Source of the DNA: Paraspadella gotoi
Lineage: Eukaryota > Animalia > Chaetognatha
Assembly: GCA_051294375.1 (NCBI GenBank)
Contig: CM119266.1
Location: 26,382,153-26,446,152, forward strand
DNA: 64,000 bases
Direction: 5' to 3'
Shown here: positions 25,601-39,139 of the stretch, piece after piece
How positions within the stretch are numbered: position 1 is the stretch's first letter
Layout: every line of letters begins with the position of its first letter
Notes under the pieces: generated by a model
What the model was told of the DNA's origin: nothing
The model's input: only the letters and a program-made list of their open reading frames with translations
Databases searched by the model: none
Program-made: the position numbers and the translations under genes

Positions 25601-28600
25601 AGTGAGAAAAAAATTTGTTGCCTTTTTTGGCCCCCCAGGGGTCCACCCCCAGGGCCCTGTATCTCTTGTCAGGGGTTGAATATCAAAATTCGCCTCAATA
25701 GTTTTATTTATATTGTCATTAGAACTCTAAATGTAAAATTTCATAAAATTCGATCAGTTCGTTTAGTGGGAACAGATTCTTGTAAAAAAAAATGGGTATT
25801 GTGGCAGCAAGACTTAAAGCTGCCTCACTGCTGTCCGTCCTCAGCCTCGTCTCAATGGCTAAGCATGCTAAATCATATTGTTACAACCGTGCGTCCCGGG
25901 TTCAATCCCTGGGTATCCCGGTTCTGGCTTAAATGTGACGGAGCCAGGCTAAACATGCCAGTGACAGTGACAAAATATTTTTAAATAATTTTTAAAAATC
26001 CGCCAAAACCGCGGGCGGCGAAAGTAAAATTTAGCCGATTTAATTATGCAAGTTGACCAAGTTTAACTATACAAGTTGTCCAAATTTAATTATGCAAGTT
26101 GACCAAATTTAATTATGCAAGTTGGTATTGGCGCAGCTCCTGGTAATTATTGATAGATTAATTTATTTATAGATTTTTTCGTGGATTTATTAAGAAGTAT
26201 GTTATGATTTTTTTATGTTACAATTTTTTATGTTACGATTTGTTATGTTACAATTTGTTATGTTACAATTGGTTATGATCTGTTAAGATCACAAATTGAA
26301 AGTCGGAAAAAAATACCGTGATTTATCATCGGATTAGCTTAATACTGCTTAATTATCGTAGGCAGATCCGACGTTGTTTTCTCAAACTTGTTAATTTACC
26401 ACCCTCTCTGGTTCTATTCAGAATCCAAGCTGAAAGAAAGTCTCCTAAAATTTGCTTTAAAACGAAAGCAAATGGATTTGGACCGAGGAATCTTCCGAAG
26501 AAACAGCATATGGGACAAAATCGTCTTCAAACAAATCCATCAGAAACTTGGTGGTCGAGTTCGTGTTGTCTTCAGCGGGTCCGCTCCTCTCTCCGGAAAG
26601 GTAAGAAAGAAGGATTTGCTTGTATTATTTACATACACATTTATTTATACACATATATAATAATTTGCAAAATTACTTTTCACTATTTTCTATTTTTAGA
26701 TTTTTAAAATTATATGAAATTGGTACAACCAATATAAATATTTAAATATTCTGGTGCCCTTTAAATTTGATTTCCTCAAAAACTTATTAAACTTTAATTT
26801 GTTTTTGAGGAAATCAAATTCGAATAAAAAATTATTACTGGATCAATAAAAAAATATATAATTTATATATTTTATATATTTTATTTTTATATATTTTTTT
26901 ATATTTTATATATTTTTATATATTTTTCAAATACTAAGAATAAGGGGTATATTTCTTTTACCGAGAAAGATTTGAATATTGTCCTCAACTTTATTTTAGA
27001 TAATGTTTTTGTCATATTTGGTACCTTAATATATAAACAAACATTAGGAATACCAATTGGACTAGATTATGGTCAAGATATTGCCAATCTGTTATTTTAT
27101 TTTGAATCAACGTATATGGAAAATATGTCAAAAAATAATTTAGGAATCGCTAGACAATTTAAAAATTGCTCAAGATATATTGATGACCTTTTTTCAGCAG
27201 ATTTTAAGGATTGTAAAACACATCTTGCTAACATATATCCAGCAGCACATACTGTCAATAAATCTAATAGTACAGATACAAATGTAGATTATTTAGACAT
27301 TAACATTATATCAGAAAACAAAAATCTTACTCTTTCTGTTTATGATAAAAGGGATACCTTTTCTTTTGAAGTAGTTAATTACCCATATATGGATAGTTGT
27401 ATTCCTAAAAAAGCAGCACTAGGTGTATTTATTAGCCAATTAATTAGATATGCAAGAATATGTTCCACGTTTACAGATTTTTCATCAAGAGCAATAAATT
27501 TAAGCAAAAAACTACAAAATCAAGGTTATATATTTAAGACACGATGCAAGTTATCGTGGCGGAGACTATGCAGAAATAAAAAAAATTCAGTGACTATAAA
27601 TAAGTACGAAAAATATTAATGCAAAATCTTATATGGTATGAAAGATATGACTAAATACAGGATAGGGACCAAAAATTAAATACATTTTTTTTTCATATCT
27701 TTTATTATTATAACAAGAAAAAAATTTGGGTAAGGACTTCTCATGCTGTAATTTGTCCCCTACCTTTAATTAAGTGGTTCAAATTTTTTTTTAGTCGGAT
27801 CTGCTTATCAGCAGTTCCTGACTCTATAATTCACTTTGTCGGTCCGTCGGTCCGCCCCCTCAATATTGTCGGGCACACACTTATATCATGTCAGAACATC
27901 GAATTATGATAAATTATGCAAAAAAAATGTATGTCCGTCCGTCCGTCCGTCCCACCTTAGCAAAAAACACCAATTTCTTGTGATTGGATGGATGGATTTG
28001 AATGAAATTTTGTGTGTGGGTAGGGAAGTGTGTGATTGAGCTGGATATGAAGTTTCGTTGGAATCGTCCGAGTGGAAATAAGTTTAAATGGAAAAAATAA
28101 AAAATTATATTTTACTATTTGAACACCAATTGCTCATGAGTGGATTGGGCGATTGACCTTGAATTTGGTATGTGGGTAGGAAAGTGTGTGATTAAGCTGG
28201 AAATCAAGTTTTGATGGAATCGTCTTAGTGGAAATGAGTTTAAATGGAAAAAACAAAAAACCTGTTTCACTAATTTATTAGGCTTCTTTTTCCTTTTATA
28301 TCAAATGTAAATGCAGGATAATGTATTAATTAATCAAATAATTAATCAATTATTCGATTAATTAATAAATAATTAATTTATCAGTCAATAAATCAAGTCA
28401 ATCATTATCGGCATTATTCTCAGTCATTGCTTTTGTCGTGGTTAAAAAATAATAAAAAACATAGCTAGTTTATTTTTTAAAAATGATACTTTAAACCAAA
28501 AATTTATTCTACTTTTAGTTTAATATTTTATAATTTACTCCGGTCTATTTACAGCTTATAAAACAAGTTTGAGCAAACAATGTCGGATCTACCTACAATA

Positions 28601-31600
28601 ATTAATTAATTTTAATAATTAATTATAATTTATATTCAGCATGTCATCATCGATGTCCTTAAAATTGAGTCAGGACAGTTATTAAATGTTTTGTTTACAT
28701 TTTATCAAAACAAACAAATATCCTCTATTTAATTTTATGTCTCCTTCTCTCTCTCTCTTTCTCTCTCTCACTCTCTTTCTCTTTCTTTTTATGGAATTGC
28801 GACGATCCTTATGCTTTTAAGATTTTTTTAACTTGCATCATTTTTTCAACTTGCATAATTTTTTCAACTTGCATTCCGTCAAAACTTTATATCTAGCTTC
28901 TTCACTCACTTTCCTACCGGCTCACAAAATTTCATCTCAATCTATCATGGGTTAAAATAAATAAAAAGATTCAAGTAAATGTGACTCATATTTTTTTCAT
29001 TTAAACTTCTCTTTCTCTCTCTCACTCTCTTTCTCTCTTTCTTTTTATGGAATTGTGACGATCCTTATGCTTTTAAGATTTTTTTAACTTGCATCATTTT
29101 TTCAACTTGCATAATTTTTTCAACTTGCATTCCGTCAAAACTTTATATCTAGCTTCTTCACTCACTTTCCTACCGGCTCACAAAATTTCATCTCAATCTA
29201 TCATGGGTTAAAATAAATAAAAAGATTCAAGTAAATGTGACTCATATTTTTTTCATTTAAAATCATTTCCACTGGTACGTTTCCACCGAAACTTTATATC
29301 AAGCTTCGTCACACATTTTCCTACCCACACACAAAATTTCAACTCAATCTATCCATCCAATTATGATTAATTAGAGTATTTATTGGTTAAAATAAGTAAA
29401 AAGATTTTAGTAAATGCGACTTATGTTTTTTCCATTTAAACTAATTTCCACTCACACGATTCCATCAAAACTTTATATCCAGCTCTATCGCACACTTTCC
29501 TACCCAATTTATTTCCATTCCAACCAGCCTATCACGAGTTATTGGAGCTTTTTGGTAAGGTGGGATGGATGGACGGATTGACTAATTAATTATCGATTAA
29601 TTTATTTACTAATTGATTAATTAACTGATTAATTATTTGATTTAATACATTTATACATTTAATATAAAAGGAAAAAGAAGCATAATCAATTAGTGAAACA
29701 GGTTTTTTGTTTTTTTCCATTTAAACTCATTTCTACTCAAAAGATTCCATCGAAACTTGATTTCCTGTTCAATCACACACTTTCCTACCCACATACAAAA
29801 TTCCAGGTCAATCAGCCCATCCACTCATGAGCAATTGGTGTTCAAATAGTGAATATATTTTTTTATTTTTTCCATTTAAAGTCATTTCCACTAGGACGAT
29901 TCCATTGAAACTTCATATCCAGCTCAATCACACACTTACCTATCCACACACAAAATTTTATTCAAAGCCATCCATCCAATCACGAGTAATTGGTGTTTTT
30001 TGCTAAGGTGGGACGGACGGACATCATTTTTTTTGCATAATTTATCATAATTCGATGTTCTGACATGATATAAGTTAGTGCCCGACAATATTGAGGGGGC
30101 GGACCGACAAAGTGAATTATAGAGTCGGGATCTGCTGATAAGCAGATCCGACTAAAAACCATTAAAAATATTTAATTTTTAATTTTTCCCCTCAATCAGT
30201 CAATAAAGATGTTTTTTTATCCCCAACTCTCTAATTCCTTGAATTTTTATAGATTAAATAATCAAATCCTTGGATTAAGCAGACATCTTTTTAATTTAGT
30301 ACCTTTATTGACAGTGAGACTGTTGCAGATAATAACTTTGGTATCAAATGGTCGGCAAAAAGCTAAAAGGAATAGAAAATTATTACTTTATTTAAATAAT
30401 AATTATAAAATATTCAAACAGTGTTTTTACCTCTTATGGTCCTTGGAACGCCCTATAATACTACAAAAAATGTCCTTTTTTATATTAATAGTGAACCAAT
30501 CAGAGACTAGAGTTGGCTATCAAATTTAAAATTGACTAATCGGTGTCAATCTTTGTGCACTAGGACCAATTTTTATAGCTAAGTTGTTACTTGGTAAGTA
30601 GAAGCAGAGTAGCATGACGCGTTGCTATGGGGGAATTTTTAGTAACCAGAATAGGCCAATCATCAACTCTGATTGAGAGGCAAAATTAATGTTATTTAAA
30701 AATCATTTCTACAATTTGTATCAATAAAACAACAAAAAATTCAAAAGGTTGTATTAATAACCTTTATCTAACTTTTAAAGCTCTACCAGAATCTATTTAA
30801 AAAATTGAAAAATTAAAAAAAAATTTTAAACTTTATATAGTAATAAAATAATCTTTAAATGCTTCCGTGCGCTAATATATAAAATAAAAATAATTTTTAA
30901 AATTTATCTTATTGAAGATAAATTTTAAAAATGATTTTTATTTTCATATTCTTTAACTAGCACTTAACCATTATTTATTTGAGAGAACTTCTAGTTTTCA
31001 ACCTGTTCTGGCCTAATACATACTGGAGAAAAGTCTCTAGGAAATGATATATGAAATTGTAACAACCAATAAAAATAATACATAAGTCCAAAGTCAGGGA
31101 CAATATAGCTTATTTATTAAATAAATGGATAATTTTTATATTGGTTGTACCAATTTCACATAATAAAATTATCTATTCATTCCATAAAGAAGCTTTCTTG
31201 TCCCTGACTTTGGACGGGTTATAGTGGCTTCAGCCCTCCATCCTTCTTTTTGTATATTATTTATTCGCTTTCTTTGTTAAAAATAGGTCATGCAATTCGC
31301 GAGATGCGCTCTTGGTGCTTTAATTCTGGAAGGTTTCGGCCAAACGGAAAACGCTGCGATTTGCACGACCCAAATCCCCGGTGACCTCGAAACTGGGGTG
31401 GTGAGTTCCGAGAACTTGAGGCTTATTGGGATGTCCTTCTACTAGATTCCTTAAATTTCGCCAATCGACAGGTCGGTCCACCGCTTCCCCACGCGCGAAT
31501 CCGGCTCGTCGATGTCCCTGAAAAAGACTGCTGGACCAAGGATGGCCGTGGGGAAATCTGCGTCAAGGGACCCTGCGTTTTCGCCGGCTACTTGAAAGAC

Positions 31601-32219
31601 CCCGAGAAAACTGCTGAAGTCTTAGACGACGAAGGCTGGCTTCACACCGGTGACATTGGCGCTTGGACGCCGAATGGAGCTCTCAAAGTCATTGATCGCA
31701 AGAAACATATTTTTAAGTTGGCGCAGGGGGAATACATCGCGCCGGAGAAGATCGAGAATGTTTATCTCGGGTAAGTCGCGACGATGATAGACATTTTATA
31801 TTCGTTATTATTTTATTAAAATGTTATCCATTTTTAGGTCGGCCTTCGTGGCTCAAATCTTCGTTTACGGTGAAAGTTTAAAGTCAAATCTCGTCGCAGT
31901 AGTTATACCCGAGCGCGAAACTGTCGAGGAATGGGCAAATTCTAATATCAGGGCGTTGCTTTCTGGCGATCGCGGTGACGCCCAGTACGAGTCGCTTGTC
32001 AAGGACCCCCGCCTTAAGTCGGCCATTCTCGCCGACATGATCAAGGTCGCGAAGAAGGGCGGATTGAAAACTTTCGAAACTGCCAAGGATATCGTGCTTG
32101 ATGCTCGTCTTTGGTCCATCGAAGATGGAACTCTGACTCCCACATTCAAAACCAAGCGCGCCGTCGTTAAGCATCGTTTCGCCGTTCAAATCGATAATCT
32201 TTACGAAAGGTTAGACTGA
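19650..32219 (+). CDS. ACSL: Long-chain fatty acid--CoA ligase (ACSL1/5/6 type)
   Basis: Exons 19650-19670, 19761-19877, 19949-20171, 20971-21140, 22383-22568, 22717-22815, 22902-23048, 23172-23334, 26422-26600, 31287-31400, 31472-31770, 31838-32219, all phase-consistent. Motifs: PYKWLSYREV, VPLYDTLG, AMP-binding CYTSGTTGNPKG, SYLPLAH, PTVPRLLNRIYD, GSAPLS, EGFGQTE, GWLHTGDIG, IDRKKHIFKLAQGEYIAPEKIEN, LTPTFKTKR. The first two exons are less certain. Confidence 0.93.
20198..20816. mobile_element. hAT-type MITE
   Basis: TIRs TAGAGTGATGTGAAA / TTTCACTTCACCCTA, exact 8-bp TSD TTGGTCAT. Confidence 0.85.
21222..22033. mobile_element. TTAA-flanked MITE (Sola3- or Kolobok-like)
   Basis: TTAA-GAAAAAGGGTCATTCA ... 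TGAATGACCTTTCCTC-TTAA. Confidence 0.55.
23864..25050 (+). repeat. ~1.15-kb dispersed AT-rich repeat (second copy about 61618-62740)
   Basis: Collinear match from CTGAAAGTGATATGTCTCT to GAGACATAACACTAACTATT in both copies. Confidence 0.8.
26972..27670 (+). mobile_element. Penelope-like retroelement RT fragment (Naiad-type)
   Basis: YKQTLGIPIG, RYIDDLF, YLDINI, SVYDKRDTFSFEVVNYP, GVFISQLIRYARICS are PLE RT palm/thumb motifs. The fragment is 5'-truncated and lies in an ACSL intron. Related 3'-end remnants occur near 55730-55900 and 62800-62910. Confidence 0.8.
28563..30155 (-). mobile_element. HINE family 1 copy with an internal ~257-bp tandem duplication (about 28750-29260)
   Basis: Both ends are present: palindromic GTCGGGATCTGCTGATAAGCAGATCCGAC at ~30124-30152 and AACAAGTTTGAGCAAACAATGTCGGATCT at 28562. 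Confidence 0.7.
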
Positions 32220-32778
32220 TGAAATCGTGATTCTCGTTTCCTCATGTCGCGCTCTCTGTATTGTGATATAAAAAAATTCTCTTTTTATTCTATAATTCTA
32301 TAAAAGATAAACGTGATATTCTTGTATACATAATGTTTCATTTTTATACGTGGTGTATGTTAGTTTAGTCAAGAATGCAGAGACCCGTTATTCATAAGCT
32401 TGATCTCACAGACTCACACTTCTAAAACGTCCCTGGCCTTATTTTTATTTAATTTTTTTTTTCAACAGAAATCATAAATGAATTTAAATTTTTGATTGTG
32501 TACCATGTTTTATTGTTTTTGAACTTGGTTTTTGTATTTTCGTTTGTTTCTGAAAACCTTGAAATATCAGTCACAGCGAATGGAATTTGATTAAAATTTA
32601 ACAAAAAACTAAGAGAAAAATGTGTCGAAAAAGCAATCGTACTTTATTTTCTTCACATATCCAAATTAAATGTCCAGGAAATTTAAATACTACAAAAAGT
32701 TAGCTATACTAAATACAACACTCGACGATATCATGAAAGCGCTTCGAAAGCTTTTTAAATTTTGAAATATTTCTTACG

Positions 32779-33063
32779 ATGACATCGCCAAGAAAAGAAA
32801 TGAAGGGGAGACGCCGAACCAACAAACATCCCTCTCGTTTTGACGAAGTATCCTTTCCCGAGCATATTGGGGAAGGACCGTCTTTCACCACATCCGGACG
32901 ATTGGGTCGCGTTTCGGCGATAAATAATGGATCCGTCAAGCTACCCCAGTTCCGATCGTCCGTGAGGAGCAACAAGAGCGTGCACTTCCAAGCCGATCAA
33001 ATCAGGCGGCGACCAACGGCCGGCTCCAACCATATCCAGACCCGGGACGAAGAAGTAGATTCA
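32779..33063 (+). CDS. Probable first coding exon of an unidentified gene (basic N-terminus with RVxF-like KSVHF)
   Basis: GC-rich island with ATG at 32779, open for 95 codons up to a phase-0 GT donor (TCA|GTAGGC). No recognisable domain. Confidence 0.45.
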
Positions 33064-34796
33064 GTAGGCAGGCGCGGCTGGATATCGAGGACTTATTTAT
33101 CATGAATATTAAAAGCAAACACTTTTATTATATTTATAATAATTTTTAGGATAGAATAAGTAATAAGTTTTAAATTTTTTAACATAACACATGTTTAGCT
33201 TTAAATTTGAGCACTATTTACAGTTTAAAGCATATAGTAAGTTACTTCTTATTGATGAATAATTAATTTTGAAAATAATAATTAATATTTAATTTATAAT
33301 AAGAAGATTAACCATGTATGGACTAAACACCAATTTCACTAATGGAACGAACTTTATAACTAGTTACATTGTTTGGTAAAAAAAGAGATAGAAATTGTTT
33401 ATTATTATTGTAATGGTTACTTAAGAGAGGAGGTTCAACCTGGACTGTGATGCGATGATAGTTATTCACTGATGTATTCATTGATGTGATGATAATCATT
33501 CATTGGCATGAGGTGATGATAGTCATTCACTGTTGTGATGCAAATTAGAATATAGTATTCTATATACAAATTTGCATATTATAGAAAGTAATTTGCATAT
33601 TGCAGTAAATCATAATGAGAAAGAAATTCAAACTAAAAATACTTGAATCCATATGAAAATGACAATTGCAAAAAACTTATATAGGAGCCGACGTCTTTCT
33701 TAGAGATCGAGGAAGATTTTTTCAATGGAGATTTTTGTTCAAATCTTGACTACCAAACAATATAAACGCTCCTGAGAAAAATTCCACAAAAAAATCAATG
33801 TAAAAACACATGATTCCGATCCTGTTGCATCTGAAGGGCTCGTATTTTTTTTCTCTTGTCAAATCATCAACAGCTTGATATCAAACAAGCCAGAACAAAT
33901 AGACTGTTTCTGTACGAAATATATATAGAAATAAAAGGGATTTTATATTTTATTTAGTTATTTTAATATGATACGATCATGGTAAAGTGAATTAGTCGAT
34001 TTTGATAAAATTTTTATTTAAAGTAAAAGTAAGAGGAGCTAACCATCGAAATTCTAAGAGTTTTCAACCGGGAAAGGGGTAGATTTTCCGAAGATTTTGG
34101 TTAATATGTTCTATATTTATGGTCATATTTTTTTGAAACTTAACAAAAGCAATATTGCCATCATTCTACATTGGCCGGTATAAGAATATATTAAAAAAAC
34201 CTCTGGCTTTTTTCGTCAGAGCTTAGTCCTATCTTAAAGATGAGAAGCCATATCTAAACTTAACTTACTATGATCACACACTTTTATAAAAATCCATCAT
34301 AATTCGTAGTAGTTTTTATTTAAAAAAAACAATTGTTAGCCCCAGTCAAAACTTCATAAGAAATGCATATAATGCATATGCAGACAATGATTACGACTAC
34401 GACTACGACGACGACGTCACAAAGAAGCTAAAGCGATCCAAAATCTATGGCGAGATAATAAGCTCAGTTTTAATAAGCTGTACATTGTATAAGCTTTATT
34501 AACTTTTTTAACTTTATTGCTTATCAGCAGATTCCAACTCACTTTGTCGGTCCGTCATTCCAACCCCAAAATCTTGTCAGTAAATCATTATCATATAAGA
34601 ACCTCGAATTATGACAAATTATGTAACAAACATATCCGTCTGTATGTCCGCGTGTCCATCCCACCTTAGTAAAAAACTCTAATTACTCGTGATTGGATAG
34701 ATGGATTGGAATGAAATTTTGTATGTGGGTAGGAAAGTGTGTGTTTAAGCTGGAAATCAAGATTCGATGGAATCGTCTAAGTGGAAATTAGTTTAA

Positions 34797-35676
34797 GGGG
34801 ACCCAGTGATAAAAATGATATCATAAGCTTAAGGGTCTATCATCAAAGGAATTTGAATGGTGATAGTCATTAATTTTTCTTTGCACGGGAAACTGGCAAA
34901 AAAATTCCTATCTCTTATTGTAGCGGAAACAAAAATTTAATAATTATGAAAAAAAAATTTAGTTGACCCTACCTAAATATTTATATAATCCATTATTTTA
35001 TTTTTGCATTAGAAAGTATTTTTTAGCTAATTTCAATTTTTTATTTTTTACTGTACAAAGCTATAATTTTAGGTTTAAGCCTCATTGAACAAAGGCTTTA
35101 CAAGATTAATATTTTTATATTTTTATATTTACTTAAAAGCAGACAAATCAAACCTAAATTCTATTCTTACAGAAACAAAACTGTAATAATTATTAATTAA
35201 TATTCATATTCATCCCTTAAATGTATAATTAAACTATATTGATTCCTAATTATAACAATTAAAAATTTAGCAAAAGTACAGAATCTTTCTCTTCTTTTTA
35301 TATTTATATTACTTCAAAGAGTTTTATTTTTATCCAATTAACAGAATCATTTGAAAAGAAAGTTTAAATAAAATCAGTCGATACCTTAAATTTTGATTCA
35401 TTCCTAGTTTTTTTTCTTATAAATTTTTGTGATAAAAGCTGAAAATCTTTTTAAAATTAGATCTTACCCTTTTTTGGAAAAAAAAATTTTAAACTTGAAA
35501 AAGATTTTCTTCTTACCGATTTTTTAAAAAAAATTAAGCTCGCTGATTTTATCGAATTTTTTAACTACTTTCCCAAATGATTATAGAAGAAAAAATTATA
35601 TGATCAGAACCAGCTTAAGTTAAAGGGTCAAACGTTATGTTTTCAGCTTTTTACCCCCCCTGTTCACTTGGTCCCC
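34797..35676. mobile_element. TTAA-target MITE with GG termini (Kolobok-like)
   Basis: TIRs GGGGACCCAGTGA / TCACTTGGTCCCC, TTAA duplicated on both sides; removing it restores the host HINE sequence GTGGAAAT.AGTTTAAATGGAAAAAAC. Confidence 0.8.
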
Positions 35677-36924
35677 TTAAATGGAAAAAACAAAAAAAAC
35701 ATGTTTCACTAATTAATTATGCTTCTTTTACTTTTTATATTAAATGTAAATTCAAGATGTATTAATTAATCAAATAATTATTCAGTTAATAAATAAATTT
35801 TTCATTTAATAAAAAATAATTAATTACTGCTAATGATCATGGGCAGATCCAACATTGTTTGTTCAAACTTGTTTTTTATTTAGCTTCATTTAACTTTAGC
35901 CTCGATTTTTAGAATTAAGACGACTCTTATCTAAAACTTGAGCTTCATTATAATAAATAATACAGCAATGTAAAATTATTAATTTTTTTTTGACAAGGAA
36001 TAACAGTTAAAGATAAGAATCCCTGGGCTACTAAGAAACGAATCTTTTGAAACTATGATAAGTATTTAGAGTTATGATAGTTTTTTTCATGACATTTATG
36101 ATAACACGCCCACTATGGGTATGAACTTATTAAATAATGAGAATTTTAAGTTAAAGAAAAGGGGAAAATTCCATGTTGTAGTCAACTTCCGGTCATTTGT
36201 GCTTGGGTCAAACGCAAAATCTGATTGTCGACACCTTGTTCATCGTTTTAAGCACTTAAAATTATATTAAAAACTGAACAGGATGGTGAAAATTAAAAGT
36301 TAAATATACAGGATTGAGATTCAAAATCTGTAATTAATAATAATAATAATATAATATATAACATCTCAAACAAAACCTCGTACGGTTTTAAAAGATCGTT
36401 TATCGAATCGAAAAGATCTTACCGCGTCCAAAATCGTTTTTTTCGTGTTTTTTTTTTTTCTTTTTGGTCCTGCATCAACGAATCCGTCAAAGAATAGATT
36501 TCCAAACATTGAAAAAAATAACTACTGGAGTTTCAACTTCAACAAATTCATTGTTTTTTTGGAATATCTTTTCAGGTTTGTATTTTAAATATGTTAAATG
36601 AAACATTGATTGACAAAAAATTTACCATTAGATTAAAATTATCATTTTTTTAAGATATAAAGTATTGCAGTTGGTAAAATATTGGGAATTGAGAGTGACC
36701 CGACTTGTTTTTCATACTCGTCAACCGACAAGACTTTATAATAAAATTTTTTGCGCTTTCATTGTTTAATCCGGTTTTTGATTAAATTATGATTAGTGAA
36801 CTGGATATCAAAAAACAAGTTTGAACAACAATGTCGGATCTGATTACGATAATTAAGCGGTAATCAGCTAATCAGATGATAAATCACAATAATTTTTTAA
36901 AAAAATTTTTAACTCGCATCATTT

Positions 36925-37170
36925 TATGAAATTGGTACAACCAATATAAGAATTATCCATTCATTTAATAAATAAGCTATCTTGCCCCTGACTTTGGACA
37001 GGCTTTGGTGGTTTAAGGCCTCCATCACTCTTACAAGATAATGACATAGCAGGTCCCTGCAAGCTTTCAATCAAGACTCTCTCACAGTCTTGTTTATTCA
37101 CTCCCAGAGTACCTGGCTTCCCTATCAATGAAGTGGAAAATATTTCAAAGAATGTTTCAATTGTATGAAA
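36925..37170 (+). repeat. ~245-bp dispersed repeat bounded by TATGAAA direct repeats
   Basis: Near-identical copies at 63636-63874 (-) and about 40560-40796 (-); left-end fragments at ~7515, 22655, 26713, 31050-31215, 62943. Confidence 0.8.
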
Positions 37171-37921
37171 AGACCACTCCCTTAAGTATTAGATCGGGGA
37201 ATACTTATTGTACTCCGTTATTTTAGAGAAGAGTCCCGTTTCAGAGAAAAATCTGGAATGACCGCAAAAGAGAGAAAGAGACGAATGTCGATATCTCCTA
37301 TATAAAAGAGCATCTGAGTTACGGTCGTCTGGACTTTACACTCACATCATTTTTTTAACTAGCATCATTTTTTAAATTTGCATCTTTTTTACAATTCGCA
37401 TCATTTTTTCAACTTGTATCATTTTTTTAACTTGCATCTTTTTTTTAACTTGCATCATTTTTTTTAACTTGCATCATTTTTTTAACTTGCATAAATTTTT
37501 AAACTTGCATAATTTTTTTAAATTGCATTATTTTTTCACATTAATTAATTAATTAATTAAAACATTTATTAGTAATCAAGTAAATTTCCATTTAAACTCA
37601 TTTCCGCTGGCACGATTCCGTCAAAACTTTATATCTAGCTTCTTCACACACTTTCCTACCTGCACACAAAATTTCAACTCAATCTATCCATGCAATTATG
37701 ATTACTAGAGTAATTATTGGTTAAAATAAGTAAAAATATTTTAGTAAATGCGACTTATGTTTTTTCCATTTAAACTCATTTTCACTCGCACGATTCCATC
37801 GAAACTTTATATACAGCTTCATCACACACTTTCCTACCCACACACATAATTTCATTACAATCCAACCACCCAATCACGAGTTATTGGAGCTTTTTGCTAA
37901 GGTGGGACGGACGGACGGACG

Positions 37922-39126
37922 CACAGTGATCCAAATGGACTAAATTTCCGGATAAACCTCTTTTTTGGCAAAAACAACTTTTTCTCGTATTCTGATTATC
38001 ATAGAAGCCTTCTGAGGTTGTTGGAAAAGTTTCAAATGTTTAAGATTGATTTGAAAAAATATGGAGAAAAAATTTATTAACAGACAAATTTGGTTCTTAA
38101 AAAATTATTTATGGTAGTTTTGATTTATAATTTTGATATTAAAAAGAAATTGACCTAACTTAATATTTTTTTAATATTTATATTATAAGTAATAGATGTA
38201 GGTTTGCTAAATATAAAATCTTTAATTTAATCTTTTTAAAAGTGCGCTAAGCAAATTAAAATCGGAAAATCGATCAAAGAAAAGAATCATATGGTAATTT
38301 CTGAAGAATATCGAATTTTTTTTTGTTATATTTTGAATGAAAAGCATTTTTGGATTTCTCACAATGGTGCTCGAATGCTGATGAGATTTAATTGATAACT
38401 GATTAGTGAGAAGATGTATCATTAGGAACTAAATCTGGTTGATTAAAATCGGCTGAAATTCAATGATTTTTTTCTATATTTTTATATCATACATAATGAC
38501 ATATTATGAAAATCTTTTTTTATTTGTTAACAAACTAGACAAAGTGCTGATACCATAACAAAGTCAAATAATTTTTTTCTTCTACCCATGTGAGTGAAAA
38601 AAAGACTCACCCGAGATAGAGATTTGCTTATAACTTGAGAAATAATAATTTTTGGAAACTGTTATTATTTAGTACTGTTTTACGCCTCAGCCTAAAAATG
38701 TCCCTAAAATGAAGATTTCCACGGTCAGTAACGTAATTGATGATGTAATCGCCAATGTGAAGTGAAGTAGTATTGTTAAAGACCTTCAAATTAGAGTAAA
38801 TTAGCAAACAATAATTAATTATTTCTCATTTCAGTATCATACTTAGTAGACTTCTTCCGGGGAGTGCTTTTTTGTTTTCCTCTGACCGTCAGCTGGAGCG
38901 CCCTGGCGTCACGTAAAAACAGTACTGAGGATTTCTAACTCCTTGACTACGATAAACAAATGATCTTTGTTTACGATATGACGCTAAGTCGCTCGCCCGT
39001 ACGACCTCTCTTTACAGTTATCTTACCTAAGACTTTGTAGCATTACTATGGAAAGACTGAATAGGTATTTGAGCCCGTATGTTCAAGTTGCTTTTATCCG
39101 GTTTTAATTTTTTTTGGATCACTGTG
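37922..39126. mobile_element. Non-autonomous Transib-type element
   Basis: TIRs CACAGTGATCCAAA / TTTGGATCACTGTG, exact GC-rich 5-bp TSD GGACG. Confidence 0.85.
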
Positions 39127-39139
39127 GGACGGACAATTT

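Noticed and set aside
25155-25915. Two tRNA-like B-box sequences (about 25155-25220 minus, 25845-25915 plus)
   Set aside because: They do not form a cloverleaf; at best decayed SINE heads.
37330-37530. Regularly spaced ~19-bp repeats (AACTTGCATCATTTTTT), also at 26040-26120 and 44050-44170, considered as a CRISPR-like array
   Set aside because: No unique spacers; this is a minisatellite internal to HINE elements in a eukaryotic genome.
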